Shown one piece after another: positions 29,150-38,173 of a stretch of 64,000 nucleotides of DNA. Position 1 is the stretch's first letter. Every line of letters starts with the position of its first letter. Source of the stretch: an uncultured delta proteobacterium (GTDB lineage Bacteria; Myxococcota; Myxococcia; Myxococcales; Myxococcaceae); assembly GCA_963796055.1 (NCBI GenBank), contig CAWCKH010000004.1, positions 3,296,001 through 3,360,000 of the forward strand, read 5' to 3'. A program made the translations under genes and the position numbers. The notes beneath the pieces were generated by a model, which was not told the origin of the DNA, made no database searches, and saw only the letters and a program-made list of their open reading frames with translations.

Positions 29150-29388
29150 CACCGGACGCGCGCATCGACATCACCGCCGAGGTCTGCCCGATGACCTTCG
29201 TGCGCACCAAGATTGCCCTCGAACGGCTGCCGGTCGGCGGCGTCCTCGAGGTCCGGCTGAAGGGAGACGAGCCGCTGCGGAACGTCCCCCACAGCGCCCG
29301 GGACCAGGGGCACACCGTGCTCGGGCTCGAGCCGCTCGGGGACGGAACCTGGCGGCTCCTCCTCCGCCGCGAGGGCGGCAGGTGCTGA
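29146..29388 (+). CDS. TusA/SirA-family sulfur carrier
   Basis: IDITAEVCPMTFVRTKIALE..GGVLEV. ATGA overlap with the E1 gene. Confidence 0.88.
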   Translation: MTPDARIDITAEVCPMTFVRTKIALERLPVGGVLEVRLKGDEPLRNVPHSARDQGHTVLGLEPLGDGTWRLLLRREGGRC

Positions 29389-30377
29389 CCGAGCCGCAGA
29401 TCCAGCGCTACGCCCGGCAGGTGCTGCTCCGCGACGTCGGCGAGCGTGGCCAGCAGGCGCTGGGGGCGGTCGGCGTCGCCGTCGAGCTCCCCCACGACGT
29501 GGCGAGCGCCGCGGCCGCGTACCTCCGCGCCGGCGGCACCGAGGTCCAGCTCGCTTCCGAGGGCGCACCCGCCTGGGCCCGCACCGCGCCCCTGCTCGCC
29601 TCCGCGCCGGTCGACCGCCTCCAGGCCCTCGCCGCTCCGGGTGCGCCGGAGCGCGGGGGCGTGGTGCTTGGTGCCCAGGGCGCCGCACAGGTGCTGTGGT
29701 CGATCGGCGAGGATGCTTGCCCGGGCTGTCTGCGTGGCGCCACCCGCGGCCTCGCTCCGCCCGCCCAGGAGAACTTCGCGAGCGTCCAGCTCGGCACCCT
29801 GGTCGCGCTGCTGGTGCAGCGGCGCGCGCTCGGACTCGCGCCGGCGATCGAGGGGCTCCGGGTGGACGCGTCCGGCGCCCTCTCCACGCTCGTCGCTCCC
29901 GCCTGCACGCACCGGCCGCCGCTCGTCCCGGAGCCGGTGCTCGCCGAGCTCGTCGCCCACCTCACGGCCGCGCTGCCGGACGAGGGGTGCGCGGTGCTGC
30001 TGGGGCGGGAGGAGGCCGTCCGCCTCGTGCCGATGCAGAACGCCCAGGCCGCCCACCACGCGCGCGATCCGGAGACGTTTCCGCGCTCCGCACGCCACGC
30101 GTTCAGCCTCGACCCGCGCGCCTGGCTGGCGCTGCTCCGGAAGGTCGACCGGACCGGTGAGCGTGTCCTGGCGATTGCCCACTCGCATCCCGATGGCAGC
30201 AGGCGCTTCTCGGCCGAGGACCGGCGGTGGGCAGCACCCGGCGGCCAGCCGCTCCTGCCGGGCGTGGCGCACCTCGTCGTGGCCTTCGAGAACGGCCAAC
30301 CACGGGGCGGCTGCTGGGCCGTGTGGGCCGATGGTGACTTCCTCGAGACCGACTGTCCGCTGCCGCGCCGAACCTGA
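29382..30377 (+). CDS. fusion of a degenerate ThiF-like domain and a JAB/MPN+ (Mov34) metalloprotease
   Basis: N-terminal LTEPQIQRYARQVLLRDVGERGQQAL and CPGC. C-terminal DEGC...HSHPDGSRRFSAED fits E-HxH-x7-S-x2-D. Confidence 0.85.
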   Translation: MLTEPQIQRYARQVLLRDVGERGQQALGAVGVAVELPHDVASAAAAYLRAGGTEVQLASEGAPAWARTAPLLASAPVDRLQALAAPGAPERGGVVLGAQGAAQVLWSIGEDACPGCLRGATRGLAPPAQENFASVQLGTLVALLVQRRALGLAPAIEGLRVDASGALSTLVAPACTHRPPLVPEPVLAELVAHLTAALPDEGCAVLLGREEAVRLVPMQNAQAAHHARDPETFPRSARHAFSLDPRAWLALLRKVDRTGERVLAIAHSHPDGSRRFSAEDRRWAAPGGQPLLPGVAHLVVAFENGQPRGGCWAVWADGDFLETDCPLPRRT

Positions 30378-30490
30378 ACGATTCCAAGCGCTTGCGGTCG
30401 TCCGCCGACAGTCGATTTCCGCGGTTCGAATTGTCAAGGAAGCCGACTTCGTGTACACACAAGCCTGCGCAGCGCCTGGGTTTTCATGCG

Positions 30491-30507
30491 CTGGTACGAA
30501 ACTTGCT
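30491..30507 (+). promoter_or_regulatory. sigma54 (-24/-12) promoter upstream of cysC-larE
   Basis: CTGGTACGAAACTTGCT against consensus YTGGCACG-N4-TTGCW, with GG and GC exactly 12 nt apart. Confidence 0.7.
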
Positions 30508-30526
30508 CGCCACCCGCGGAGTGTTC

Positions 30527-31192
30527 ATGGCCCCGAACCAAGGCTTCACGCTCTGGCTGACCGGTATGTCCGGCGCCGGGAAAACGACCCTGGTCGACTA
30601 CATCGCCGCCCGGCTCCGCCAGGTGGCGCGTTCGGTGGAGGTGCTGGACGAGAACGACCTCGCCGAGGACCTCTGGGGCGGCACCGCGGACACCAAGGAG
30701 GAGCGGAACATCGGCGTGCGCCGGATGGGCCTCGTGGCCAACCTCCTGACTCGCAACCAGGTCGCGACCCTGGTGGCCTCGGTCAGTCCGTACAAGGCTG
30801 CGCGCGAGGAGAACCGGCGTCTCATCGGCCGCTACCTCGAGGTCTACGTCGATTGCCCCACCGAGAAGCTCATCCAGCGCGACTCGACCGGCAAGTACAA
30901 GAAGGCGCTCGCCGGGGAGATTCCCAACTTCGTGGGGATCACCGAGCCCTACGAGCCGCCCTCCTCGCCGGAGGTCACCATTCGCTCGGACGTGGAGTCG
31001 GTGGAGTCGGGAGCGCTCCGCATCTTCCAGGCGCTGCTGGACATGGGGAACGTCACCCCGGAGGAGCTGAGGGTCATCACCGGCAAGCGGATGAAGGCGA
31101 GCCCGCCGGCGCGAAAGGGCGCGCGCGCGCGGCCGGTCGCCCGGGCGGCCCGGGTCGCCAAGCCGCGCAAGGCCGGCAAGGGCAAGCGCTGA
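30527..31192 (+). CDS. cysC: adenylyl-sulfate kinase-like protein (divergent) with basic tail
   Basis: WLTGMSGAGKTT, SPY, YKKALAGEIPNFVGITEPYEPP. Confidence 0.85.
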   Translation: MAPNQGFTLWLTGMSGAGKTTLVDYIAARLRQVARSVEVLDENDLAEDLWGGTADTKEERNIGVRRMGLVANLLTRNQVATLVASVSPYKAAREENRRLIGRYLEVYVDCPTEKLIQRDSTGKYKKALAGEIPNFVGITEPYEPPSSPEVTIRSDVESVESGALRIFQALLDMGNVTPEELRVITGKRMKASPPARKGARARPVARAARVAKPRKAGKGKR

Positions 31193-31214
31193 CCGCGGGC
31201 GGAGTCCGGCAGCC

Positions 31215-32078
31215 GTGCTGACGTCCGCGCAGTGGCAGTCGCTGGTCGAGCGGAGCGCGCCGAAGCTCGTCCGGCTCCGCGAGGAGCTGCGGGGGCTCGG
31301 CTCGGCGCTGGTTGCGTTCTCCGGCGGAGTGGACAGCACCTTCGTCCTGCGCATCGCCCGGGACGAGCTCGCCGAGCGGGCGGTGGCGTTGACCGCCATC
31401 TCGGCGAGCGTCGCCCCGGAAGAGAAGCGCGAGGCGGAGGCGCTGGCGGCGGAGATGGGTGTCCGCCACCTCTCGGTCGACTCCGACGAGGTGAGCGATC
31501 CCCGCTACGCCGCCAACCCCACCAACCGCTGCTACTTCTGCAAGAGCGAGCTGTACACGCTGTGCACCGGGTGGGCGCGGCAGCTGGGGCTGGCGGCCAT
31601 CGTCGACGGGTTCAACGCCGACGACCTGCGCGACCACCGGCCGGGGCACCAGGCGGCGGCCGAGCAGGCGATCCGCTCGCCGCTGGCCGAGGTGGGGCTG
31701 ACCAAGGACGAGATCCGCGCCCACTCCCGCGCGCTCGGGCTGCGCACCTGGGACAAGCCGCAGATGCCCTGTCTGGCGTCGCGCATTCCTTACGGAACGG
31801 CGGTCACGGCCGAGCGGCTGGTGCAGATCGGCAACGCCGAGTCGGACCTGCGCGCGGCGGGGCTGCGCAACTTCCGGGTCCGGTACCACGGGGACATCGC
31901 CCGGCTGGAGGTGGCGGCCGACGAGCAGCACCGCTTCGCCGACCCCGAGTTCCGCGTGCGCATCCACCAGGCGCTCCGGGCCCGGGGCTTCACCTACGTG
32001 GCGCTGGACCTGGAGCCGTTCCGGTCGGGCCGGCTGAACGAGGCAGTGGGGCTGCCCTCCGCCGGAGCACACACCTGA
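31215..32078 (+). CDS. larE: LarE-family ATP-dependent sulfur transferase (CxxC...C type)
   Basis: PP-loop AFSGGVDS, NRCYFCK, DHRPG, PCLASRIPYG, FRVRYHG. Confidence 0.92.
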   Translation: MLTSAQWQSLVERSAPKLVRLREELRGLGSALVAFSGGVDSTFVLRIARDELAERAVALTAISASVAPEEKREAEALAAEMGVRHLSVDSDEVSDPRYAANPTNRCYFCKSELYTLCTGWARQLGLAAIVDGFNADDLRDHRPGHQAAAEQAIRSPLAEVGLTKDEIRAHSRALGLRTWDKPQMPCLASRIPYGTAVTAERLVQIGNAESDLRAAGLRNFRVRYHGDIARLEVAADEQHRFADPEFRVRIHQALRARGFTYVALDLEPFRSGRLNEAVGLPSAGAHT

Positions 32079-32095
32079 GAGCCATCGGTCGCGCC

Positions 32096-32629
32096 GTGCC
32101 CGGGGCGCGCCCGTGGTGCCTCGCGCTCGCCCTGGGGATGCTCGTCGATCCGCGCCGTGCCCGGGCCGAGGAGGAGGAGCGGTTCGACCATCGCGGCGCG
32201 CTCGGGCTGCTGGTCGGCGGAGGCATCGACTTCAAGCGTGAGGTGAAGTCGGGTGGGGACACCGAGGAGGGCCGCCGGGCGCTGCTCGAGACGCTGCTCA
32301 CCTTTCCGCTCGGCGTGTCGGGGAACGAGTGGACCCTCGGGGCGCGTACCGGCTTCGGCGGCCCCTCGGTGGACGTGGCCGTCGCCGGCGGGCTCCGGGC
32401 GTACTTCGGAGAGGAGCGCTTCAAGACCTACCTCACCGCCGAGCTCGCGCTGCACGTCACCCCCAACGTGACCGCCGGACCGCGGCTCGGCGTCGGCATC
32501 CAGTACGAGCTGTTCCCCGTCTTTGGCCTCTACCTGGGCGGGGCGGCCGAGGTGACCGCCGGGCAGGGCATCCGCATCGCCGCGGCCCTGGTCGGCGGCA
32601 TCCAGCTCCGCACGTACATCTTCGAGTGA
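32096..32629 (+). CDS. exported protein, possible small outer-membrane beta-barrel (start uncertain)
   Basis: Signal-like N-terminus ending ARA-EE, amphipathic Gly/aromatic beta strands. Confidence 0.6.
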   Translation: MPGARPWCLALALGMLVDPRRARAEEEERFDHRGALGLLVGGGIDFKREVKSGGDTEEGRRALLETLLTFPLGVSGNEWTLGARTGFGGPSVDVAVAGGLRAYFGEERFKTYLTAELALHVTPNVTAGPRLGVGIQYELFPVFGLYLGGAAEVTAGQGIRIAAALVGGIQLRTYIFE

Positions 32630-32685
32630 GCGGCCGGCGAAGAAGTTGACCCGTGGCCGAGACGTAGGACGATGTGCATCAAGGT

Positions 32686-32880
32686 ATGACCATCTCCCAC
32701 CCCACGCCCCGCCTCACCTCCGTCGTGTTCCGGCTCACCCGGGACCGGCTGGAGGCGCTGAAGAAGCTCTCGCGCGCCACCCGCATCCGTCAGAGCGAGT
32801 ACCTGCGCGAGGCCATCGCCGACGTGCTGGCGAAGCACGAGGCGCCCACGGTTCCGTACGGCGTGTCGCCTCAGGCCTGA
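32686..32880 (+). CDS. ribbon-helix-helix DNA-binding protein
   Basis: TSVVFRL-TRDRLEALKKLS-RATRIRQSEYLREAIADVLAKH fits the RHH pattern. Confidence 0.8.
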   Translation: MTISHPTPRLTSVVFRLTRDRLEALKKLSRATRIRQSEYLREAIADVLAKHEAPTVPYGVSPQA

Positions 32881-33683
32881 TCCAGCGGCACGAAGGGAGG
32901 CTCGCCGGGCAGCCGCGGGGTGACCCCGGCGAATGGATCGAGCGCCCCGGGGTAGCCGACGGACCAGAGCGTGAGCCCGGCCGCCGGCGCGCGGAGCCCC
33001 TCGAACGCCGTCCCCAGGTCGAGCGCGCGCTCCCAGGTGCCATCGTCCACGAGCCCCGCCCCCACCAGCACCGCACCTCCGACGAGGAGCCGCACGCCGT
33101 AGCGGCCGAAGGCATCGCCGCGCAGGCCCACCTCCACCAGTCCGTCGTGCTCCCACCACGAGACGCCGTGCAAGGTCCGGGGGCGGCGCACGCTCGAGGC
33201 CGCGTGCAGCGCCGAGAAGTCGCGTGTGCCCACCGCACGCTGGAGCGCCCGCCGCATCCTTCCCAGGTCGATGGTACGGCCGGCGAGGCGGGGATGGACG
33301 GTGGTGTCCCACACCAGGCCACTCCAGCGCGCAGGCACCGCATCCGTCGCGAGCCGGTAGCGGTACTCCTTCGAGGCGCAGGACCACTGCGCGTGGAAGC
33401 CGTCGGGCGCGTCCACGGCCGCCGCCACTCCCCAGCCGTCGCCTCCGAGCGCCAGCAGCGCCGCGGGCGACGTCGCCGCGCTCACGCGCACGCTCACCGG
33501 CTGGCAGCGGGCGTGGACCCCGCGGTCGGTGCGTCCGGCGGCCATGGGACGCCCCGCGACGCCGCGCGCGGCGAGCGCCGCCTCGAGCGTCTCCTGTACG
33601 GACAGACCGGTCCGCTGGGACTGCCAGCCCTGGAACCGGTCGCCCCGGTACCACACCCACAGCGCCAGACGACGTCGCTTCAC
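32871..33683 (-). CDS. truA: tRNA pseudouridine(38-40) synthase
   Basis: Y.G..F.GWQ.Q, AGRTDRGVHA, GFHA, G.RDFS, APAAGLTL. Confidence 0.85.
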   Translation of the reverse strand: MKRRRLALWVWYRGDRFQGWQSQRTGLSVQETLEAALAARGVAGRPMAAGRTDRGVHARCQPVSVRVSAATSPAALLALGGDGWGVAAAVDAPDGFHAQWSCASKEYRYRLATDAVPARWSGLVWDTTVHPRLAGRTIDLGRMRRALQRAVGTRDFSALHAASSVRRPRTLHGVSWWEHDGLVEVGLRGDAFGRYGVRLLVGGAVLVGAGLVDDGTWERALDLGTAFEGLRAPAAGLTLWSVGYPGALDPFAGVTPRLPGEPPFVPLDQA

Positions 33684-33721
33684 CGGTCCGGGCTCAGGGT
33701 AGACTATTTCCCTCCCACGCC

Positions 33722-34600
33722 ATGGATTCGCGCAACGTCGACCACGCCGAGCACCCGCTCGGGGGAGAGTGGCTGTACCGCAAGGGAGAGCTGGTGCTCG
33801 GGCCGGTCCAGGGCGCGCAGCTGCTCGATCGGCTGTACGCAGGGGACATCAACGGCCAGACCGAGGTCGCCCTGGTGGGCGAGGACTTCGAGCGCGTCAC
33901 CCAGGTGGAGGCGCTCCGGATCCACCTCGCCAAGGCCGAGGCGAAGTGGCGGGTGGACGCGCTGGAACGGCGGGTGCGCGATCGGGCCCGCCGCCAGCGG
34001 AACGTCCGGCTGACGATGCTCGCCGGGGTGGCCCTGGTGGTGGCCGGCGCCGCGGGTGCGGTGGCGCGCTACATGGCAGTGCACGGCACGTTCGACACCC
34101 GCACCGAGGAGGCGGCCATCGCCGTGGAGCCGCCGGTCATCCGGCTGGCCAGGGCGCGGAGGCAGCAGGACGAGATGCTCGACTACCCGCTGGACAAGGG
34201 CGGGCGGAGGCCGACCGGGGCCACCGGCACCCGCCCCGCGGGCCTCGGGACCCGCTCCGGGCAAGGGGCCCCGGAGGGTGAATCGGACGACGTGAGCATC
34301 GAGGCGAAGTTCGACCGGGGGGCAATCCAGACGGTGATCGCCCAGCGGCAGCGGGCGCTCTACCCCTGCTTCGCCGAGGAGGCGAAGCGCTCACCCGGGC
34401 TCGCCGAGCGCATCCCCATCGAGTTCGTCATCGGCAACGATGGCCAGGTGAAGAAGCTGTGGGTGGACCACCCGAGGTTCGCCGAGGGTGCGCTTCAAGA
34501 GTGCATCTTCAAGGAGCTGCAGCGCTGGCCGTTCCGGCCGTACGAGGGCCAGCAGGCCACGGTGGGCCTGTCGTTCACCATCGGGCGGGGAGCGGGGTGA
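33722..34600 (+). CDS. GYF_2 / TM / AgmX-PglI (TonB-C-like) domain membrane protein
   Basis: WLYRKGELVLGPV (GYF_2-like), one TM segment, C-terminal LYPCF...FVIGNDGQV...LQECI...WPF. Confidence 0.75.
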   Translation: MDSRNVDHAEHPLGGEWLYRKGELVLGPVQGAQLLDRLYAGDINGQTEVALVGEDFERVTQVEALRIHLAKAEAKWRVDALERRVRDRARRQRNVRLTMLAGVALVVAGAAGAVARYMAVHGTFDTRTEEAAIAVEPPVIRLARARRQQDEMLDYPLDKGGRRPTGATGTRPAGLGTRSGQGAPEGESDDVSIEAKFDRGAIQTVIAQRQRALYPCFAEEAKRSPGLAERIPIEFVIGNDGQVKKLWVDHPRFAEGALQECIFKELQRWPFRPYEGQQATVGLSFTIGRGAG

Positions 34601-35214
34601 TGGTGCGCGCCCCGGTGATCGAGGTGGCGGCGAGTGGCGACGCGTTCCGGGAGGAGGTGCGCGGGGCGGCGCGGGCCTTCAAGGCGTCCTGGACCGGTCT
34701 GGCGAAGGTGCTGACCCGGGTGCGCGACGAGGCGCTGTGGGAAAGCTGGGGATTCCCGAGCTTCGAGGCTTACTGCAGCAAGGAGCTCCGCATCCGGAAG
34801 GCCACGGCGCTGAAGCTCACCCGCTCGTGGAGCTTCCTCGATCGGCACGAGCGGAGCTGGAGGCCGGACGCACCCGATGCCCGGCCCGCTCCGGGGCTCG
34901 AGGTGGTGGAGGTCCTCGCGGAGGCGGAGGAGCGCGGGGCGCTGGACGCCCAGGAGTACCGGAGCATCCGCGACTCCATCTGGGACCCGCAGCGCCCCGT
35001 CGCCGCGGTGCGCCGAGAGCTGAGCGAGCGCTTTCCCCGGCCGGCCCCCGAGCCGCCGCCGACGCAGGTGCGCCTGGGTCAGCTGGCACGCACCGCCCGC
35101 CGCCTCGCCGAGGAGCTCCGGGTGTGCCGCGGGGTTCCAGCGTCGGTCCGGACCCAGGCCGACGACCTCGCCGCCGCCGTGGAGTCCCTGGCCGTCGACC
35201 GCGGCCAGAGCTGA
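34600..35214 (+). CDS. conserved hypothetical protein
   Basis: Translationally coupled (TGATG) to the upstream gene, [16 protein letters not shown] motif. Confidence 0.75.
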   Translation: MVRAPVIEVAASGDAFREEVRGAARAFKASWTGLAKVLTRVRDEALWESWGFPSFEAYCSKELRIRKATALKLTRSWSFLDRHERSWRPDAPDARPAPGLEVVEVLAEAEERGALDAQEYRSIRDSIWDPQRPVAAVRRELSERFPRPAPEPPPTQVRLGQLARTARRLAEELRVCRGVPASVRTQADDLAAAVESLAVDRGQS

Positions 35215-35404
35215 GCCCGCCGCCTCCCGAGAGCAGTCCTGCCGCCGACGTTGCCGATCAGTCGTCTGCCCTGCTCGGAACTCGGGACTTATATTGGACA
35301 AGGGCCCCGATCTCGCGGCAGCGTCGGAGGTGGCGCGGGCATCGGGGTCTGTGCTGGAGTCGAGGAAGTCGGTCAGGGCCAGTGCCCTGGAGGTCAGAGA
35401 AGGC

Positions 35405-36682
35405 GTGAAGAAGGAGCACACCGTCAACCTGTCCTGCTCGTTCTGCGGGAAGTCACAGCGCGAGGTGCGCAAGCTCATCGCCGGACCGACGGTCTACATC
35501 TGCGACGAGTGCATCAAGCTCTGCAACGACATCATCGCCGAGGAGCATGACCGCGAGGAGGGCAAGCCCCAGGTCTCCTTGCCCACCCCGACGGAGATCA
35601 AGTCCTTCCTCGACGACTACGTCATCGGCCAGGACCACGCCAAGAAGGTCCTCGCGGTCGCGGTCTACAACCACTACAAGCGCATCTACCAGAAGAAGCC
35701 TCCCGCCCGGCCGCGCCCCGGGGTGAAGGCCGCCGGCCACGAGGACGTCGAGCTCAGCAAGAGCAACATCCTCCTCATCGGCCCCACCGGCAGCGGCAAG
35801 ACCCTGCTGGCCCAGAGCCTGGCCCGCTTCCTCAACGTCCCCTTCACCATCGCCGACGCCACCAGCCTCACCGAGGCCGGCTACGTGGGCGAGGACGTGG
35901 AGAACATCATCCAGAACCTGCTCCACAACGCCGACTACGACGTGGAGAAGGCCGCCCGGGGCATCGTCTACATCGACGAGATCGACAAGATCGCCCGCAA
36001 GGGAGACACCCCCAGCGTCACCCGCGACGTCGGCGGCGAGGGGGTGCAGCAGGCCCTGCTCAAGATCATCGAGGGCACCCGGGCCAACGTCACCCCCCGG
36101 GGGGGCAAGAAGTACAATCAACAGGAATACGTCCAGGTCGACACCTCGAACATCCTCTTCATCTGCGGCGGGGCCTTCCACGGCATCGACTCGATCATCC
36201 GCCGCCGGGTGGGAGAGAAGGGCCTGGGCTTCGGGGCGAAGATCGTCCACAAGGACGAGCGCACCGTGGGCGAGCTGCTGAAGCTGGTGGAGCCCGAGGA
36301 CCTCATGAAGTTCGGGATGATCCCCGAGTTCGTGGGCCGGCTCCCGGTGGTGGCGACCCTCAACGACCTGCGCGAGGACGACCTGGTCACCATCCTCACC
36401 CAGCCGAAGAACGCGCTGGTGAAGCAGTACCAGAAGCTCTTCGAGATCGAGAAGGTGAAGCTGAGCTTCAGCAAGGAAGCGCTCCGTGCCATCGCCCGCG
36501 AGGCGATGCGGCGGAGCTCCGGCGCCCGCGGCCTCCGCGCGATCATGGAGGACGCGATGCTGGACATCATGTACGACGTCCCGTACCGGGAAGGCGTGCG
36601 GGAGTGCAAGATCACCCAGGAAGTGGTGACCAAGCACGAGCCGCCGCAGCTGGTGCTGGAGAAGGAAAAGAAGACCGCCTAG
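35405..36682 (+). CDS. clpX: ATP-dependent Clp protease ATPase ClpX
   Basis: CSFCGK..CDEC Zn finger, [19 protein letters not shown] loop. Confidence 0.95.
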   Translation: MKKEHTVNLSCSFCGKSQREVRKLIAGPTVYICDECIKLCNDIIAEEHDREEGKPQVSLPTPTEIKSFLDDYVIGQDHAKKVLAVAVYNHYKRIYQKKPPARPRPGVKAAGHEDVELSKSNILLIGPTGSGKTLLAQSLARFLNVPFTIADATSLTEAGYVGEDVENIIQNLLHNADYDVEKAARGIVYIDEIDKIARKGDTPSVTRDVGGEGVQQALLKIIEGTRANVTPRGGKKYNQQEYVQVDTSNILFICGGAFHGIDSIIRRRVGEKGLGFGAKIVHKDERTVGELLKLVEPEDLMKFGMIPEFVGRLPVVATLNDLREDDLVTILTQPKNALVKQYQKLFEIEKVKLSFSKEALRAIAREAMRRSSGARGLRAIMEDAMLDIMYDVPYREGVRECKITQEVVTKHEPPQLVLEKEKKTA

Positions 36683-36685
36683 CGG

Positions 36686-38146
36686 TCATCGCCCGAGCCA
36701 CTGCTCGGCCATTGCCACCAGCGGATGGCTACCGGGGTCCCACGGGCCCCGGGCGAGCTCCAGGACGCGCGCCCTGAACTCCGGGCTCGGCCGGACGAAG
36801 GTGAGCACGGCGAAGGTGGCGACGGAGACCGCCGCCAGCGCGACCACCGGAGCGCGGAGGTGGCGCCGAGCCCACACCGCCGGAAGGCCGAGCGCCAGCG
36901 CCAGGCCGAGAATGGGCAAGCCGTCGGCCAGCATCCGGTTCCCGGCGGAGTACCCCCCGTTCCAGCACCACCAGTGGCCCATCACCCCGATGAAGAGCGC
37001 GAGACCGACGACCGGTGCGATCAACCATCGTGGCGCCCGCGACCCGGGCAGCAGCGCCCCGGCGGCGACCAGGAGCACCGGTGAGTGGAGGAGGAGTCCG
37101 CGGGCCGGACTGACGAGGAGCCCGGGGACGCCCTCGTGGAACGGGGTGGTCCAACCCTCGCGGGCCTCCGCACCGTAGCCGGTGCCCAGCGGAGAGCCGA
37201 ACACCCGCCACTGGTACCAGGCGAGAAGCGCGACCGGGATGGCGGCAGCGCAGGCCATCCACGGGAGGGCGCGAGGCCTCGTCCCCAGGAGCGCGGTCGC
37301 CAGCCCGGCGGCGAGCACCAGGTCCACCGGCCGGCAGGCCATCGCCACCCCGAGCCCCAGACCGACCAGCACACCGACCCGGCGGTCCGGCGCGGTCCGG
37401 AAGGTGAGCGCCATCAGCGCCACCGCGAAGCCGAGCGCGGCGCCGGTGTGCTGCCACAGCGCCTGCCCGAGCACCGCGAGCACGGGCGTGGCGAGCACGT
37501 AGAGACCGATGGTGGCCCAGGCCCAGCGGGTGCCCACCAGGCTCCGGGCGGCGATGAACAGACACCCGGTCCCCAGCGCGGTCAGCAGTGCCGCGGCCAG
37601 CTTTCCCAGATGGAGAACCGGTGAGAGGTGGGGGTCGAACCGGCCGAGCGCCGCCGGGAGGTACACCAGCACGGCGAGGACGCCCATCGCCGGCGAGTAC
37701 TTCGAGGCGAGCCGGGGACCGGCGCGGATCAGGTAGTAGGGCAGCGGCTCGCCGTGCACCCCGAGGGGCTCGTCGAGACCGGACTTCTCGAAGGTGAGCC
37801 GTCCGTCGCGCAGGAGCACGAAGGGGAGGAAGGTCGCCGGGACCGTGTCCCCGGACCCGATGGGCAGGGTGTTGGCCAGCAGGACGGCCAGGGTGAGACC
37901 GGCCACCGCGAGCGGTGGGCCTCCCCGCTTGCGGAGCCCTCCTGCCAGCGCGAGCGCCACCACCGCCAGGAGCGCGGCCAGCGAGGTCTCGGCCTCGAAC
38001 CGCCCGGCCGGAAGCTCGACTCCCAGCAGGCGGATCGGGGCGGGGCCGGTTGCCATCCACCCGGTCACGTCGGCGAGGATCGCCGCTGCGGCGCAGGCCG
38101 GAACCGCCACCAGGGCGAGGCGCATCGCCGGCTGCCGGACTCCCAT
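36686..38146 (-). CDS. polytopic membrane protein, GT-C glycosyltransferase-like
   Basis: More than 10 hydrophobic segments, ALWQH, FGSPLGTGY, LLVSPARGLLLHSP, W.GG.S.G.R motifs. Confidence 0.65.
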   Translation of the reverse strand: MGVRQPAMRLALVAVPACAAAAILADVTGWMATGPAPIRLLGVELPAGRFEAETSLAALLAVVALALAGGLRKRGGPPLAVAGLTLAVLLANTLPIGSGDTVPATFLPFVLLRDGRLTFEKSGLDEPLGVHGEPLPYYLIRAGPRLASKYSPAMGVLAVLVYLPAALGRFDPHLSPVLHLGKLAAALLTALGTGCLFIAARSLVGTRWAWATIGLYVLATPVLAVLGQALWQHTGAALGFAVALMALTFRTAPDRRVGVLVGLGLGVAMACRPVDLVLAAGLATALLGTRPRALPWMACAAAIPVALLAWYQWRVFGSPLGTGYGAEAREGWTTPFHEGVPGLLVSPARGLLLHSPVLLVAAGALLPGSRAPRWLIAPVVGLALFIGVMGHWWCWNGGYSAGNRMLADGLPILGLALALGLPAVWARRHLRAPVVALAAVSVATFAVLTFVRPSPEFRARVLELARGPWDPGSHPLVAMAEQWLGR

Positions 38147-38173
38147 GGCCCCCCTCGGACCGCTCGGTGCGCC

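Noticed and set aside
29383..29388. TGC-TGA at the end of the TusA-like gene as Cys-Sec read-through (selA is in the window)
   Set aside because: The domain is already complete, the TGA overlaps the next gene's start, and I could not support a SECIS hairpin.
28490..30377. CBASS/Bil-type anti-phage ubiquitin-like system
   Set aside because: No E2, cyclase, effector or beta-grasp Ubl gene is adjacent. The TusA/CysC/LarE context points to sulfur metabolism instead.
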